A stretch of 62,725 nucleotides of DNA, filler included, from Chrysochromulina tobinii (taxonomy: Eukaryota): assembly GCA_001275005.1 (NCBI GenBank). It is 5 parts of 5 records of this genome, joined end to end, with 100 filler letters (N's around TTAATTAATTAA, not from the genome) between each part and the next. Parts side by side here need not be neighbours in the genome. Positions count along the whole stretch, not along the records: positions 16,317 to 41,070 come from JWZX01001314.1; positions 41,171 to 56,931 come from JWZX01001316.1; 3 more parts are not named here. One strand, written 5' to 3'. Under the pieces are notes generated by a model. The model ran no database searches. It was not told the DNA's origin and saw nothing but the letters and a program-made list of their open reading frames with translations. Of the stretch, positions 39,401 through 49,935 are shown piece by piece. Position 1 is the first letter of the stretch; every line of letters starts with the position of its first letter. The position numbers were made by a program, and so were the translations under genes.

Positions 39401-40394
39401 GTACGAGAAGATGCTCGAGGTCGCAAAGTCGCGCGGCATCGTGGTGGAATACCAAGACATGCAGGAGGTCTACAAGGATATTGAGTCGATTGAGGACATC
39501 CCAATGTTCTCTGGGGACCACTGGGCAGCGTCCATCGTGAATAAGATGCAGGAGCTCAGGAACAAGCGAGAGGATGCGAAGGATCCCAAGTCGAAGCCAA
39601 AAGGGAGCTCCTCGGCTGCACACGGTGACACCCTTGGCGAAGAGACCAAGGACGACCTGCTGCTCAACCAGATCACGGAGGAGATGCGCTCCATGCGGAA
39701 TCATTTCATCGTGGTCACGCTTCTCGAGCTCAAAAAGGGTCAACAGCGCGCCGTCATTCACGACCCTGTCCCTCTGATCTCCAACGAGTTTGTGGACACA
39801 CGCTCGGCATTCCTCGAGCGGTGCCAGATGTACCACTGGCAGTTCGACGAGCTTCGCAATGCACAGCACTCGACACTGATGCTCCTGTATCATCTGCATG
39901 GCATGCACAGGGCCGCAAAGGCGAAGCTGGCTCTGCAGGCCGTCGAGAAGGTGCAGCCAAAGGAGGGAGTCGGGGGCGTTCCGGCGGGCGCCAGCCGTAG
40001 TCCCGGCGGGATTGCCACGTCGCGCTCGTCCAAGATTGAGACGGCCATGCACGATTGGTCCACGTTGCTGGCGCATGCCAACCAGGCGGCCACTAGCGTC
40101 GGGGGGCTGCCCCCCACCTGGGCGTTGCCCCCCGACGACCTGTTCCAGCGCATACTCGCGCAGATCAATCGCTCGAAGCGCGACATTTTGCAGGAGAAGT
40201 ACAATGCTTGCCTGAGTCCAGCATGCTCCGCTCAGGCGCGCTCGGTTTTCATTCGCGTCTTGAAGCGCATTGCGGAATCGTTCATGACGTGTCTACTGCA
40301 GATGCAGATGCAGGTTGGAGCCGGCGACCCCAATGCTCAGCCGCGCCCGAGCGTCCCCCAACCGGCGCAAGCTAATGGTTGGGGGAGGGCCTAG
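36447..40394 (+). CDS. CBP/p300-family histone acetyltransferase (2x TAZ, PHD, KAT11 HAT)
   Basis: Two TAZ fingers (LVHAAGC, LAHVMKC); PHD WVQCDECHAWMHWTC; HAT FPYRSK, MYVQEYG, RVYISYLDSV, HIWVSPPKQGDDFIF, LKEWY; WQFDELRNAQHSTLMLLYHLH. Confidence 0.93.
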   Translation: MRPNKGEETHQEVECAAARLLRSWRRGPSGGLKKPKEPHSQTEDRERDGAAAGAAPGVETSRGMEAKQPAAGGSAGGLLGGMGDTPSASVSLPELIRAIRGQIPNEKCDLLEDLVQKLQKRELRLNRQEFLHRVKDIAGDDAPALRMALKQLAVDRRAPDPQPSSLGSGSAGVLPSATGAPPAPAPAAAVPDATDAPDGPLDGAQQTGPLGGQGEMARAPAASASQPTNVGAHLGMGGGDARAGDAPRGADATNAACAGLPSAPSSASALAPAAQQQQQQQRLEVAAAAVLVHAAGCMDQTCKVPHCNKMRKIHTHFLECNTADCAICKKLKPLTYIHAKHCVSAPGEQCVIPYCARAKKELHLLVQRRGGVSGADELRLAGSSSGVVGGGRPAMGDGFSAPASLTHSTGMPSGIVSSGMALESMNTHSQAHYLLVLAHVMKCPSANCTVPECAPTKALVTNHTRSCRAGDACAYPRCALSKRLMRHHRECPDQMCSICLPLRRRLAAAKIGVAAAAQPDPNQQPKRKPTKRKKEDRDDDDMASGDPKRKRKEGEAGGQLDARVVSRKRAAAPAAAQEAQEAQMAGGGDDLLESGFCVSVLFASGKRALPGVLGEESRGDWRSGIVMRAHKSANDDEMVYDIMMAEGKEEKSVPHSRCRMVCHICLTDKRTFRPPSMYCEKCFTAIHQRWSYWEEGGDEGGLKLCKRCYADIKASAKPNRVLADLAHRNNLQIDNFIEKKEKDRPEYVDNWVQCDECHAWMHWTCGLYKGEDTPDDCLFFCDTCRLTRGKALAPELTVPSSAELAENALSQALQAKLHKELSGLGVTCNPVTVRVVSNVETVTKFDKEQAPGGAIKGAGEQVVIGKTFPYRSKCILAFQHVEGHEVCFFSMYVQEYGSDCPEPNANRVYISYLDSVRYFKSQPEGHRTTVYHSILVNYLAYVRELGFTHAHIWVSPPKQGDDFIFYAHPETMVQKRMGLLKLKEWYEKMLEVAKSRGIVVEYQDMQEVYKDIESIEDIPMFSGDHWAASIVNKMQELRNKREDAKDPKSKPKGSSSAAHGDTLGEETKDDLLLNQITEEMRSMRNHFIVVTLLELKKGQQRAVIHDPVPLISNEFVDTRSAFLERCQMYHWQFDELRNAQHSTLMLLYHLHGMHRAAKAKLALQAVEKVQPKEGVGGVPAGASRSPGGIATSRSSKIETAMHDWSTLLAHANQAATSVGGLPPTWALPPDDLFQRILAQINRSKRDILQEKYNACLSPACSAQARSVFIRVLKRIAESFMTCLLQMQMQVGAGDPNAQPRPSVPQPAQANGWGRA

Positions 40395-41070
40395 TCGGAC
40401 CCGCGGCCAGCTTAGCGTCGACCTGAGGGCTGAGGCTGCCTTCTTGGGTCCTCGTGGGACTCGACTGTGCGGGTGCGTGCGGCGCTGCGGCGCCTTGGCA
40501 GGGGAAGGTTCGAGCCTCTCGAGATTTGGGGCAGCACAGAGGAGAGGGAGATGGATTGAAAGATAAGAAACTCTTGGTCGCATGCCCAAGCAGCTCCAAG
40601 GCCGCCGGCGCGGCGGCAAAAGGCTCACGCGGTGTGAGTATGCGTGCGTGCGCGGTGTGTGCCCGTTGCGAGCATTCGTCGGGTGAAAGCTCGCGCGGGG
40701 AGCGTGAGAGCGGGGAGCGGGCGGCTACAACGCGCAACGAAGGCGCCGCAAGCCCCGAACGCCCCGAACGCTCGAGCGAAAATAATAGGTGAGCTTCGAT
40801 AATACGTGAACGCGGGCGCAGGGCCGGAGCGACGGCCAGCAGGCACGCGGGCTTTGCATACGCCCGGGCCGGCGGCCAGGCGGGCAACCGGCCCCTATGC
40901 CCCTCGCCCCTGTGGTGCCTGGGCTCGGCTGGAGGCCTGGGGCGCGGCGCGCGCGGTAAACCGGGGCCGTATCCAGTTGGGAAAATTTACAACTCCTGGG
41001 GGACCCCCCCCTATTCCTGGGGGGGGGCGGAGCCCCCCCCCAGGAGCATTACTCATACACTGGTGCAGCC

Positions 41071-41170
41071 NNNNNNNNNNNNNNNNNNNNNNNNNNNNNN
41101 NNNNNNNNNNNNNNTTAATTAATTAANNNNNNNNNNNNNNNNNNNNNNNNNNNNNNNNNNNNNNNNNNNN
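41071..41170. other. Artificial contig linker
   Basis: Same N/TTAATTAATTAA/N linker. Confidence 0.97.
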
Positions 41171-41390
41171 CGGCGGCGATGGCGGCGGTGGTAGCAGTGG
41201 CACCTCGAGCGCTCGAAGCGACGCGAATGGCGCGGTCACGCGAGAGGTACCGCCCGACACGGCGCCGAGCCTGAAAAAGCGCGAGGCACCGTCCGAGACG
41301 ACGCGGGGGAAGGAGGAGGCGGCCGAGGATGGCGAGACTGAGGAAGGTGAGCTCGCGCCACCGAGCAAGAAGCCGCGTGAGGAGGAATGA
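41171..41390 (+). repeat. Diverged duplicate of the cyclin gene 3' end (46511-46740)
   Basis: Near-identical sequence with substitutions, fewer EEGEI units and a different stop. Confidence 0.85.
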
Positions 41391-41932
41391 GGGCGAGCGG
41401 ATCCTACGTGCCCACCTATGTGCGCGTCCTCCCGCCCTGCCTGGGCGCGCCACTGCTCTCATGTGCTCCCTTGAGCTTGGCAAGCCTGTTAGATGCCAAT
41501 CTTTACCCGCCGCCATGGCCGCTGCAAACGAAGCGCAAAGGGCATGAACCGCTTTGCTGCTCGGCAGATGTGGATAACCCCGGACCTTCCGCACGGACTC
41601 GGCGAAACTATTCAAAGCTGAAGCTGGAACCCGCGACGGCAGCGCTGTGGTTCCTGCGAGGCTTCTGAAAGCGGTTTCAGAGCGGTTCTCGATACCCTAC
41701 GAAAATTTAGCGTGTTAGGCTTGAGACTGAGTTTCATAATTCCCGCACCGGCAGAGGCCATGGCAGAGGCTAAGCGGAAAGAAACGTAAAAATAGCGCGC
41801 GAACCGGAAGCCGCTAACAACAAGTAGTCCAAACGCGCTACCTATCCGTCTGTTGCTTCTCCGCCCCGCCGGTCTACGATCGCGCCGGACGCGGCTCCAT
41901 TGTCGTGCGTCCGGTATACTCTAACACAGGCG

Positions 41933-43180
41933 TCAACCCTCGGCAATGTCCCACACGAGCGTGATCACCTGATTATACGCCTGGCGCTTCGATGGATTTA
42001 TCAGCACCTTGTACGCGCGGTTCGCCTGCTTGAACCGGTCGGCCGCGAGGGCCGCTCCCTCGGGCCCGTCACTCTTCTGTTTGTCCGGGTGGTACTTTTT
42101 CGCGAGCCGTTGGTACGCTCTTCGAATCTCCAAATCGGTCGCCCCGTATCCCACCCCGAGGATCTCATAGTAGTGATGCTCGGGCGAGAGCATCGGCGAC
42201 GGCGGCGCCTCGGTGCCATCCTGACCCCTCGGCGGCGGCGGCGGCGGCGGCGGCGCAGACACGTTCGGCCCCCCAGCGCCGCCAGGCGGCGTCTGCTGCG
42301 GCGTCTGCTGCGGCGTCGGCGGTGGCGTCTGCGTCTGTGGCGTCTGTGGCGTCTGCGTCTGCGTCCGCGTCTGCGTCTGCGTCTGCGGCAGCGGCTGCGG
42401 CTGCGGCGCGTTAGCGGCGCCGCCCTTGGAGCCGCCAGCCGCAGCGGAGGCCGCGGGCGGCGGCGGCGGCGGCGGTGGCGAGCATAGAGACCCCTTCGGC
42501 GCCTCCGCTCGTGCTTGCAGCGGCGGTACCTGCCAATGCGGCGGCAGTGGCGGCAGCGGCGGCAGCGGCGGCAGCGGCGGCAACGGCGGCAACGGCGGCG
42601 GTATGCCGGCGGGGTTCAGTTGCGGCCCCGGCTGTTGGTGGAATGTTGGCGGCGGCGACGGCGGCGGTGGTGGCTTCCCGGCGTAGGTCGACGGCGGCGC
42701 TGGCTGCATCCTGCCCGGCCCCGGCGGCATGCTCAGCGCCGCGACGGGCGGCGGCGGCAGCGGTGCCCGCGCTGCAAAGCTCCCGGCATGCGCGGTAGAT
42801 GGTGGCGGCGGCAGCGGGTACGGAGTTGCCGCTAGCTTGCTGACGAAGGCGGCGGTGTCAACCGGCGCCGAAGGGAGCACTGGGTAGGAGCCAATACCGC
42901 TCAGCTCGCTATTGACGACCCCTGGTGGTGGTGCAGCTCGCGGGCGCGGCGGCGGCGGCGGCGGCGGCAGTAGCTCGGGCTTGACCCATGCGCTTTCGCC
43001 AGTCTGGCGATTGTAGTAGTAGATCCGTTGGGTGATTAGGTCGAGCTTCTCATCCCAAACTTCCACCTCGGCCGGCGCCGCCGCCGCCGCCGGCAGCACC
43101 GAAGCACCGATGGGCATGCCGAATTGCGTGACAGGCGGAGGTGGTGGGCCACCTTCGCTGCCGGACATCGGCGGCGGCAT
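41933..43180 (-). CDS. WW domain + Pro-rich + C-terminal DnaJ (J) domain protein
   Basis: WDEKLD..YYYNRQTGESAWVKP; YYEILGV..IRRAYQRLAKKYHPDK..F.QANRAYKVL. Confidence 0.88.
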   Translation of the reverse strand: MPPPMSGSEGGPPPPPVTQFGMPIGASVLPAAAAAPAEVEVWDEKLDLITQRIYYYNRQTGESAWVKPELLPPPPPPPRPRAAPPPGVVNSELSGIGSYPVLPSAPVDTAAFVSKLAATPYPLPPPPSTAHAGSFAARAPLPPPPVAALSMPPGPGRMQPAPPSTYAGKPPPPPSPPPTFHQQPGPQLNPAGIPPPLPPLPPLPPLPPLPPLPPHWQVPPLQARAEAPKGSLCSPPPPPPPPAASAAAGGSKGGAANAPQPQPLPQTQTQTRTQTQTPQTPQTQTPPPTPQQTPQQTPPGGAGGPNVSAPPPPPPPPRGQDGTEAPPSPMLSPEHHYYEILGVGYGATDLEIRRAYQRLAKKYHPDKQKSDGPEGAALAADRFKQANRAYKVLINPSKRQAYNQVITLVWDIAEG

Positions 43181-43257
43181 GTCTGATTTCGCGAACACGG
43201 TTTTAGTGCTTGTTTTTTGCGCCCGACGCGCCTCCGAAAACTTTTCTCAACTTGGAT

Positions 43258-44823
43258 TTAAACTAGGTCTGTACCCGCGGCCCATGATGCGCCATGGCCC
43301 ATGCCCGCCTCCCAGCCCTGCGCGCGCTGCTCACGCTTCATGTGCATCTCCATCGGCTCTCGCGTCGCCAGCGCAGCGAGCTCAGCGTCGCTCATCGGCG
43401 CCGTCGCAAACGCGAGCGCGTGCGAGCGCTGGAGCGTCACGTGGCGCAGGAAGACGAAGCCTGCGCTCTCGATGGCCGCGGCCCACTCACGCAGCCGGGT
43501 CTGGTCGCGCCACGAGCGCGCGCGTCTGTCGACGGAGTACGTATCCACGATGAGGAGCAGTCCCCGACGCCAGCGCACCCCACTGATCTCGCCCCTGCTC
43601 ACACCGCTGCTAGTGGCCGGATCGGCATCGTGCATGGCGGCCTGGGCGGCGGCCTGGGCGGCGGCAGTCAGCTGCGTTGAGCACGCGTCCGGCGTGGGGA
43701 GCAGCTGGCGAGCCTTGAGGATCATCGCATGTCGCTGGCGCGGGATGGGCAAGTACGAGAGCACCAGGGAGAGCACGACGACGTCAAAGGAGGCCGCGGG
43801 CAGGGAGGTCAGTCGACCCGCCGGGAAGCGCTCGTGTGGCTCGATGGCCGGAGCGCCATCCGATGGCCCTATCCCAAGCTGCAGGAAGTCGCATTGGAGC
43901 ACGTGGCCGTTGCCTTCTTGGGGGCATAGGTCAAGCGCCGTGCATGCAAGAGCGTCGTACCGAGCGTCGAATAGCGTTCCACACGAGCCGACATCGAGGA
44001 GCCGAAGAGGCTCGGTGGGGGCGCGCCCGCCCTCCGACGCGGCGGTGCACATCAGCCACTCGACCGTCGGCCCGTCCGGAGGGCCGCCGCTCGTCGCGTA
44101 CGAATAGCCGAGCACCTCGCGCTTCGTCAGGCGCGCACTGCCGCCCTCACGGAAGAAACCGTTGGCTTGCGCCACCGACCAATCGATACCCGCGCGCACC
44201 CACGCGCGCGTGCCGATCTGCGTCGCCGCAGCCGCATACTCGCGTAGAGATGACTCGTCGGCGGTCGCGTGGCGCCACGCCTCGGCGTCGTCGGCGGCGG
44301 TAGGCGCCGCGGAGGCTGCACCCGAAGCTGGTGCGATGCCGCCGTCGCTGCTGCCGCTGCTGCTGCCGCCGTCGTCACGAACGCCGGCGGCAGAGGACCC
44401 AGGCCCCTCGATTGCGGTCTTGGCCACCTTGCGCATCTCACGGTGGTGCCCGTTGATCACGTTGTACATCTGCACGGCGGCACGACGCCTTTGCGACTGT
44501 GCCTCCGCCAACTGGAGGAGACCCACCTCGCCATTTGCGCAAGCGACGCGCAGCGCCGGGTCGTTCTCGATGGCGAGGGCAGCTTGCACCGCCACCTTGT
44601 GCACCCGCGCGCTACGCTTCTTCAAATCGGCCGGGTTCAGCGCGTCGGCGGCCGCAGAGCTGCGACCATCCAGATCCGCCGCAAGGCCGTCCACAAGTGC
44701 TGGCACCCGCTCGTGGATCGCGACGTTGTCGATTCGCCCGCTGGCCACGCCCGTGAGCGCCGCACTCACGCGCCGCTCGAGGAATAAGCGAAGCTTTGGC
44801 TCCAGGGCGTCTGCTGTTGCCAT
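43258..44823 (-). CDS. SAM-binding methyltransferase-fold protein, BMT2/SAMTOR-like
   Basis: LLDVGSC, ALDLCP, QCDFL, FDVVVLSLVLSYLP..QRHAMILKARQLL. Confidence 0.78.
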   Translation of the reverse strand: MATADALEPKLRLFLERRVSAALTGVASGRIDNVAIHERVPALVDGLAADLDGRSSAAADALNPADLKKRSARVHKVAVQAALAIENDPALRVACANGEVGLLQLAEAQSQRRRAAVQMYNVINGHHREMRKVAKTAIEGPGSSAAGVRDDGGSSSGSSDGGIAPASGAASAAPTAADDAEAWRHATADESSLREYAAAATQIGTRAWVRAGIDWSVAQANGFFREGGSARLTKREVLGYSYATSGGPPDGPTVEWLMCTAASEGGRAPTEPLRLLDVGSCGTLFDARYDALACTALDLCPQEGNGHVLQCDFLQLGIGPSDGAPAIEPHERFPAGRLTSLPAASFDVVVLSLVLSYLPIPRQRHAMILKARQLLPTPDACSTQLTAAAQAAAQAAMHDADPATSSGVSRGEISGVRWRRGLLLIVDTYSVDRRARSWRDQTRLREWAAAIESAGFVFLRHVTLQRSHALAFATAPMSDAELAALATREPMEMHMKREQRAQGWEAGMGHGASWAAGTDLV

Positions 44824-45034
44824 GATGACGAGGACGGCGATCCACGGTGCCGCTCCACGCATACGCCGCACGGGCGACGTCGAGACCCGCTTTCCTCATT
44901 GTGAATGGCACATTGAGACGTTTTGAGAACCCCGACAACCCACATTAACGAATGACTCACTTCGGTCCTTTCGAAACCCATGCCTGTCGGCGCCTAGGTC
45001 GAGTTACCATTCTCGGCAAGTTCTGACCTCGCGG

Positions 45035-46466
45035 ATGGCAGACCACTCGCGCGATCGGGGCGCTGCCCGCTCGGCTTCCAACGGCGCTTCTTCATCATCG
45101 AGGGCGCCCAGCCAGGAAGTTCCGACCGAGCGTGCAGCGCCCTGGTGCATGTCGCTCGAGGAGATCGACAACTCGCCCTCGCGCGCCTACTTCGCAAAGA
45201 AGTACGGCGCCGAAAAGGCGAAGAGCCGTGAGCAGGAGTGCCGCCTGGCGACGTGCGCCTTCCTGCAAGAGTCTGGCCATAGGCTGCGTCTGTGAGCTTG
45301 GCATGCCCTCTCTCGAACGCCCTGCGCGCGCCGCCGTCGAACAGAACGCGACGGTTGCTTCTCCTGCCTCTGTACACCTCGCAGGCCACAGCTGAGCATC
45401 GCAACAGCCATCGTCTTCTACCACCGCTTTTATGCGACGGAGTCGCACGAGCACTATGAACGCTTTCAGGCAAACTGCCGCCCGCGCGCCAGTCTGCAGC
45501 GCGGTGGGATGCGGCGGCACTGCCACGTCGTGTCTCCGTATCAGCGGACACCACTGCTCCTGCACGCCCACAGGTGGCCACGACGTGCCTCTTCCTGGCC
45601 TCGAAGGTGGAGGAGACGCCCAAGAAGCTGCGCGACGTTATTGTCGAGACGTACAAGGTGCAGCACACGACCCACCAGGGCCCCGAGAGTGACCAGGACC
45701 TCTCGAAGCTCAGGGAACAGGTGCTCATCTGTGAGCGCGAGCTGCTCCGTGTGCTCGGCTTCGACCTCTCCGTCGAGCATGCATACCGGTGCGTGCCCTT
45801 GCCGCCGCTCGTGCCGCACGTGCCGCACGTGCCGCACGTGCCGCCGCTGCTGCCGCTGCTGCCACGCATCCCGTTTGCAGCCATGCTCCGGCTGTCATCT
45901 CCTCGCTCACTCGTGCCCACTCGTTCTTTCGTCCCGCGCCGCGTCCGTGCGTGCGTCCGTGCGCACGTGCGTGGGCGTGCGTGGCGTGCCTCTATCCTCG
46001 ATGCGGCGGCAGGCCCCTTTTCGTATATCTGAAAAGTATCAACGGGGGGCACGCGCTGTGGCAGGTTGCGCGTATCATCATCAACGACTCACTACGCACG
46101 ACCGTGTGCCTGCAGTACGCGCCGCGCTGCCTCGCCGCGGCGGCCGCATGGATGGCTGCCTCCTACCTGGAGGCCAAGGCTGCCCGAGGCGAAGGCGAGG
46201 CCTTCACACTGCCGTCCTACCCGCCGGGCTCGGACGGCAAGTGGTATCACGCCTTCCAGGTGCACTGGGCGACCATCGAAGCCATCGTCCAACAGATTCA
46301 GCATATGTACGAGGCGAACAAGGGTCCCGGCGGCGAGCATGGGCTTCACGCAGCCCTCGCTAACCAGGGAGCTGCGGAGCGCATGCGATTGCCGCAAGCG
46401 CCCACGCCGAATGCCGCGCCAAGCGCCGCGCCCGTTCATGAGAGGACGGGCTCGAATGGCGGCGGA

Positions 46467-46519
<53 letters not shown>

Positions 46520-46751
46520 TGGCGGCGGTGGTAGCAGTGGCACCTCGAGCTCCCGAAGCGACGCGAACGGCGCGGTCACGCGAGAGGCGCCGCCCGGCAT
46601 GGCGCCGAGCCTGAAAAAGCGAGAGGCACCGTCCGAGACGACGCGGGGGAAGGAGGAGGAGGCCGAGGAGGGCGAGATTGAGGAGGGCGAGATTGAGGAA
46701 GGTGAGCTCGCGCCACCGAGCAAGAAGCCGCGTGAGGCGATGCGGACATGA
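45035..46751 (+). CDS. Cyclin T/K-family transcriptional cyclin (4 exons)
   Basis: FLQESGHRLRL|..ATAIVFYHRFY|VATTCLFLASKVEETPKKL..ERELLRVLGFDLSVEHAY|RPL..IINDSLRT; introns ~45292-45385, ~45470-45573 (GC donor), 45789-46012. Confidence 0.88.
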
Positions 46752-47189
46752 CAAAATGGGCGATGACGCAACGGCTTGAGGTTTCTCAGGTGTTTAACCA
46801 CGTCGTCAAACCAGCGGGCAGGTTCTCGAGGTGTTTAAGTCTTTAAGAGCGGACATGCCTAACGTAACGTGCTCTGGCGGGCACACGCCCCCCCCGCGAA
46901 CCAGCGTTATAGGCTAAGGCTTCAAACACGCTCGGACGCGGCGCGCGCCCCGGCGGCCTGTTCGGCCTAATACCGCCATCCGGCATGCCTACCGCCTACG
47001 ACGAACCCGCTACGAATCCCTAATTGCCATCCCTAATGGCCACAACCTTGGTGACGGCGAGAGACTGGACGGCACCGGACCGTCCATCTACGGGCGCGTG
47101 GGCCCGGCCGTATGTGGGCGATCGCGTGTTCTGGTTCTTGCATCTTGGAACTTGGATCATGCGCGGCGATGCGGGCACCGACTTCAATC

Positions 47190-47870
47190 TCAATCCGCAT
47201 CCGGATAGTTGTTGGCCACCCAACGCACCGCACTCGCGCTCACTCGATAGAAGAGCGCCGCATGGCCCGCTGGATTCGGGCCCAGCACGGAGAAGCGGCA
47301 GTAGTAGAGCAAGGAGTCCGAATAGGCTGCGGCCTCGCCCACCGGTCTCCAAAATCGGGAGTCGAGCTGCGGGAAAGGGCTTTCCTGTTGCGGGCTCTCG
47401 TCCAGGCAGGTGCTCTTCGGAGCCAGCCGCAGGTCCCACACCATCTGATGGTTGCCCGGGCTCCACTCAAAGCCATTCGGGTCGCTCGGATCATCTCGCA
47501 GCTGAAGCTGGATCGCCATCCTCTCGGTGGCTTGGTGCCCCGACGCTGTCCGAAACGAGACTCGCCCGCGCGGCACATTGGCATCCCCTAGTATTTTGAG
47601 CGCCTCGATACGCCCGTCGTCGTTCTCCATAATCTGAACGATCTCCGTCCATGACGGCCGGCCGTAGAAGCCGTCGCTGTTTCCAAAGTACCCCAGCATT
47701 CCTGATGCATTCAGCCGCGACTCGCCCACCTCGACGGTGGGGCCGAACTCGGTGGAACCATCGGCGGCCACACGCACCTGTGACCAGTCGATGATGGCGG
47801 TCTGAGCCGATGCGTACTGCACCAATGGGAAGAGCAGGAAGCATGTGGTTGAGGGCAAAAGTCGGTACAT
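47190..47870 (-). CDS. Secreted protein with Cyclin_D1_bind/DUF3506-like domain
   Basis: Signal peptide MYRLLP..ASA; GFYG..WTEIVQI..IEALKILGDANVPRGRVSF. Confidence 0.65.
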   Translation of the reverse strand: MYRLLPSTTCFLLFPLVQYASAQTAIIDWSQVRVAADGSTEFGPTVEVGESRLNASGMLGYFGNSDGFYGRPSWTEIVQIMENDDGRIEALKILGDANVPRGRVSFRTASGHQATERMAIQLQLRDDPSDPNGFEWSPGNHQMVWDLRLAPKSTCLDESPQQESPFPQLDSRFWRPVGEAAAYSDSLLYYCRFSVLGPNPAGHAALFYRVSASAVRWVANNYPDAD

Positions 47871-48019
47871 TACAGAAACATCGCTCCCGTCAGTGCCGCC
47901 CGAGAGGTAGAGTCGATCGGTGAGTCCGTCGGGCGTCAACACATGTTCGTCACCCGCCGACAATACTTGTTTGAACTTCGCGTTGCAAGGTCGGACACTT
48001 CGCTGCCTCGGAAATCTCG

Positions 48020-49565
48020 ATGTTCCTCTCGCTGCTCTGGACACCCATGGCCTTCGGGCCTGTGCACATGGCGTCTCAATTGCGCCCGGCCATTCACGCC
48101 CGCGCGGCGTCCTCACCGTCGATGCTCCTCGATGGCAGCACCTTCCAGCTGCTCGCCGATGCCATCCTGCTGCCAGATGCTCAGGCAACCGCGGCAGCGC
48201 AGGCGGCAGCTGCTGCGGCCGAACCAGGCTGGTTCGACATGTGCGCTCCGCGCACTGCCGCAGGCCCTACGTCTCTGCCAGTGCCCTTGCAGCTGCCTCA
48301 GGAATCGCTCTGACGTCGGCTGCACAACCCTCTCCTCGCTTCTGCGTGCAGTATCCTGGTCAAGCCCTTTGAGACTGCCATCACTACGCTGCATGATGCG
48401 CTCAAGGGCGCCGGCGTGGTCGAGGCGTTTGGGCCAGCCATCATCCTGTTCACCATCTGTGCGTGCCTTGCGCGTGGCCATGCGCTTGTCGCCCGCGCCG
48501 CGCTGCTTCGTGCATCTATTCACTCCGTGCTTTGCCACATTGCTCATCACTCGCCCTCTGACGCTGCTTCTTCGTCTGCCTGCCCGGCTGGCAGCGCTCA
48601 AGCTGCTCACGCTGCCGCTGAACAAGCAGCAGATCGAGTCGACGGCCAAGATGCAGGCCATCCAGCCCGCGGCCAAGCGGCTGCAGGAGAAGTACCGCAA
48701 TGCGGACCCGGCGCGTTTGAATCTGGAGCTGCAGAAGCTCTACCAGGAGAACCAGGTCAACCCGCTCGCTGGCTGCCTGCCCTCGCTCGCGCAGATCCCG
48801 ATCTTCATCGCGCTCTACCGGTCGGTGCTCAACCTAGCCAAAGCCGACCGTCTCGAGGAATCGTTCCTGTGGCTGCCGTCGCTCGAGGGCCCCGTGGATG
48901 ACTACACGAAAGGGACCAGTTGGCTCTTTGGGAACGCAGCCCTTGGGTACGAGTGGCACGGCCTGTCGCCGCCGCTCGGCTGGCACGACACGCTCGCGTA
49001 CCTCGTGCTGCCTGTGTTGCTCGTGCTCTCTCAGTACGTCTCCATGTCCATCCTGACACCCAAGAACGATGATCCGGCGCAGGCGCAGACGCAGGCGATC
49101 CTCAAGTTCCTGCCGCTCATGATCGGCTGGTTCTCGTTGAGCGTGCCCTCTGGTCTCGGGTTGTACTGGATGACCAACAACATCCTCACCACGCTCACGA
49201 CGGTCCTCATTAAGAAGGGCGTCGCAACGACCGCGATGGCGGGCGGGCCCGACGTGAGCAGCGCGCCCGCCGACGTGCCGCCGCCACCGCAGGGCTTCGG
49301 ACGCAAGTTCGGGGAGATCGTCGAGACCACCGCTTCGGACGGCACGCGAGTACGGATCTCACCGCCGGGCTCGAAGCGCGCTGCGCGTCGCCAGGCAGCT
49401 GCAGCCGACGCGGCGGCCACCGTGTTGGATGCGGATGTCACGTCGATGGATGACGAGGCGGATGAGGTACCAGACGCGCCGGACATGGGGATGGGCGCCT
49501 CGGCGGCCAAGCCGCGGCCGACGAAGAAAAAGGGCGGCAAGAAGAAGGAGAAGCCCAGCTGGTAA
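48020..49565 (+). CDS. ALB3: Plastid YidC/Oxa1/ALB3 membrane insertase (multi-exon)
   Basis: Signal/transit-like N-terminus; KLLTLPL..MQAIQP, LYQENQVNPLAGCLP, QIPIFIALY, FLWLPSLEGP, PLGWHDT, FSLSVPSGLGLYW; introns ~48241-48351, ~48459-48594. Confidence 0.9.
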
Positions 49566-49822
49566 AGAGTGGAAAGTTGGAAACACTTGAGGAGCTCAAC
49601 TGCGCGGCGGGCATCAGCGCGCGCCGCCGACGGGGCGCGGCCGGTGTGGGTGTGCGTGAGAGCGTACTGAGCGCAGCATGTGAGCATGTCCATGTGTAGA
49701 AGCGGCTGGAACGAATTGCACGGTGGGCCTGCGACTTTGGGCGGCGGCGGGCGCGCGCGCGCTATTTGCCGGCGCCTCGGAAGTGCTATAGGGCAACGTC
49801 AATTTCTTAAGTGTTACCTAAC

Positions 49823-49892
49823 TTTGACACCTTGACTTGACTTGACTAGGGTGGGGGGGGTTACTTGACTTGACTTGACTTGACTTGACTTC
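49823..49892. repeat. (TTGAC)n pentanucleotide microsatellite
   Basis: Two runs of CTTGA separated by a G tract. Confidence 0.85.
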
Positions 49893-49935
49893 CTGAACTT
49901 CTTCCGCGAGCGCTCCGAGCACGCTCTCCTAGAAC

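Noticed and set aside
46460..46530. (GGC)n tract
   Set aside because: Ordinary poly-Gly coding microsatellite.
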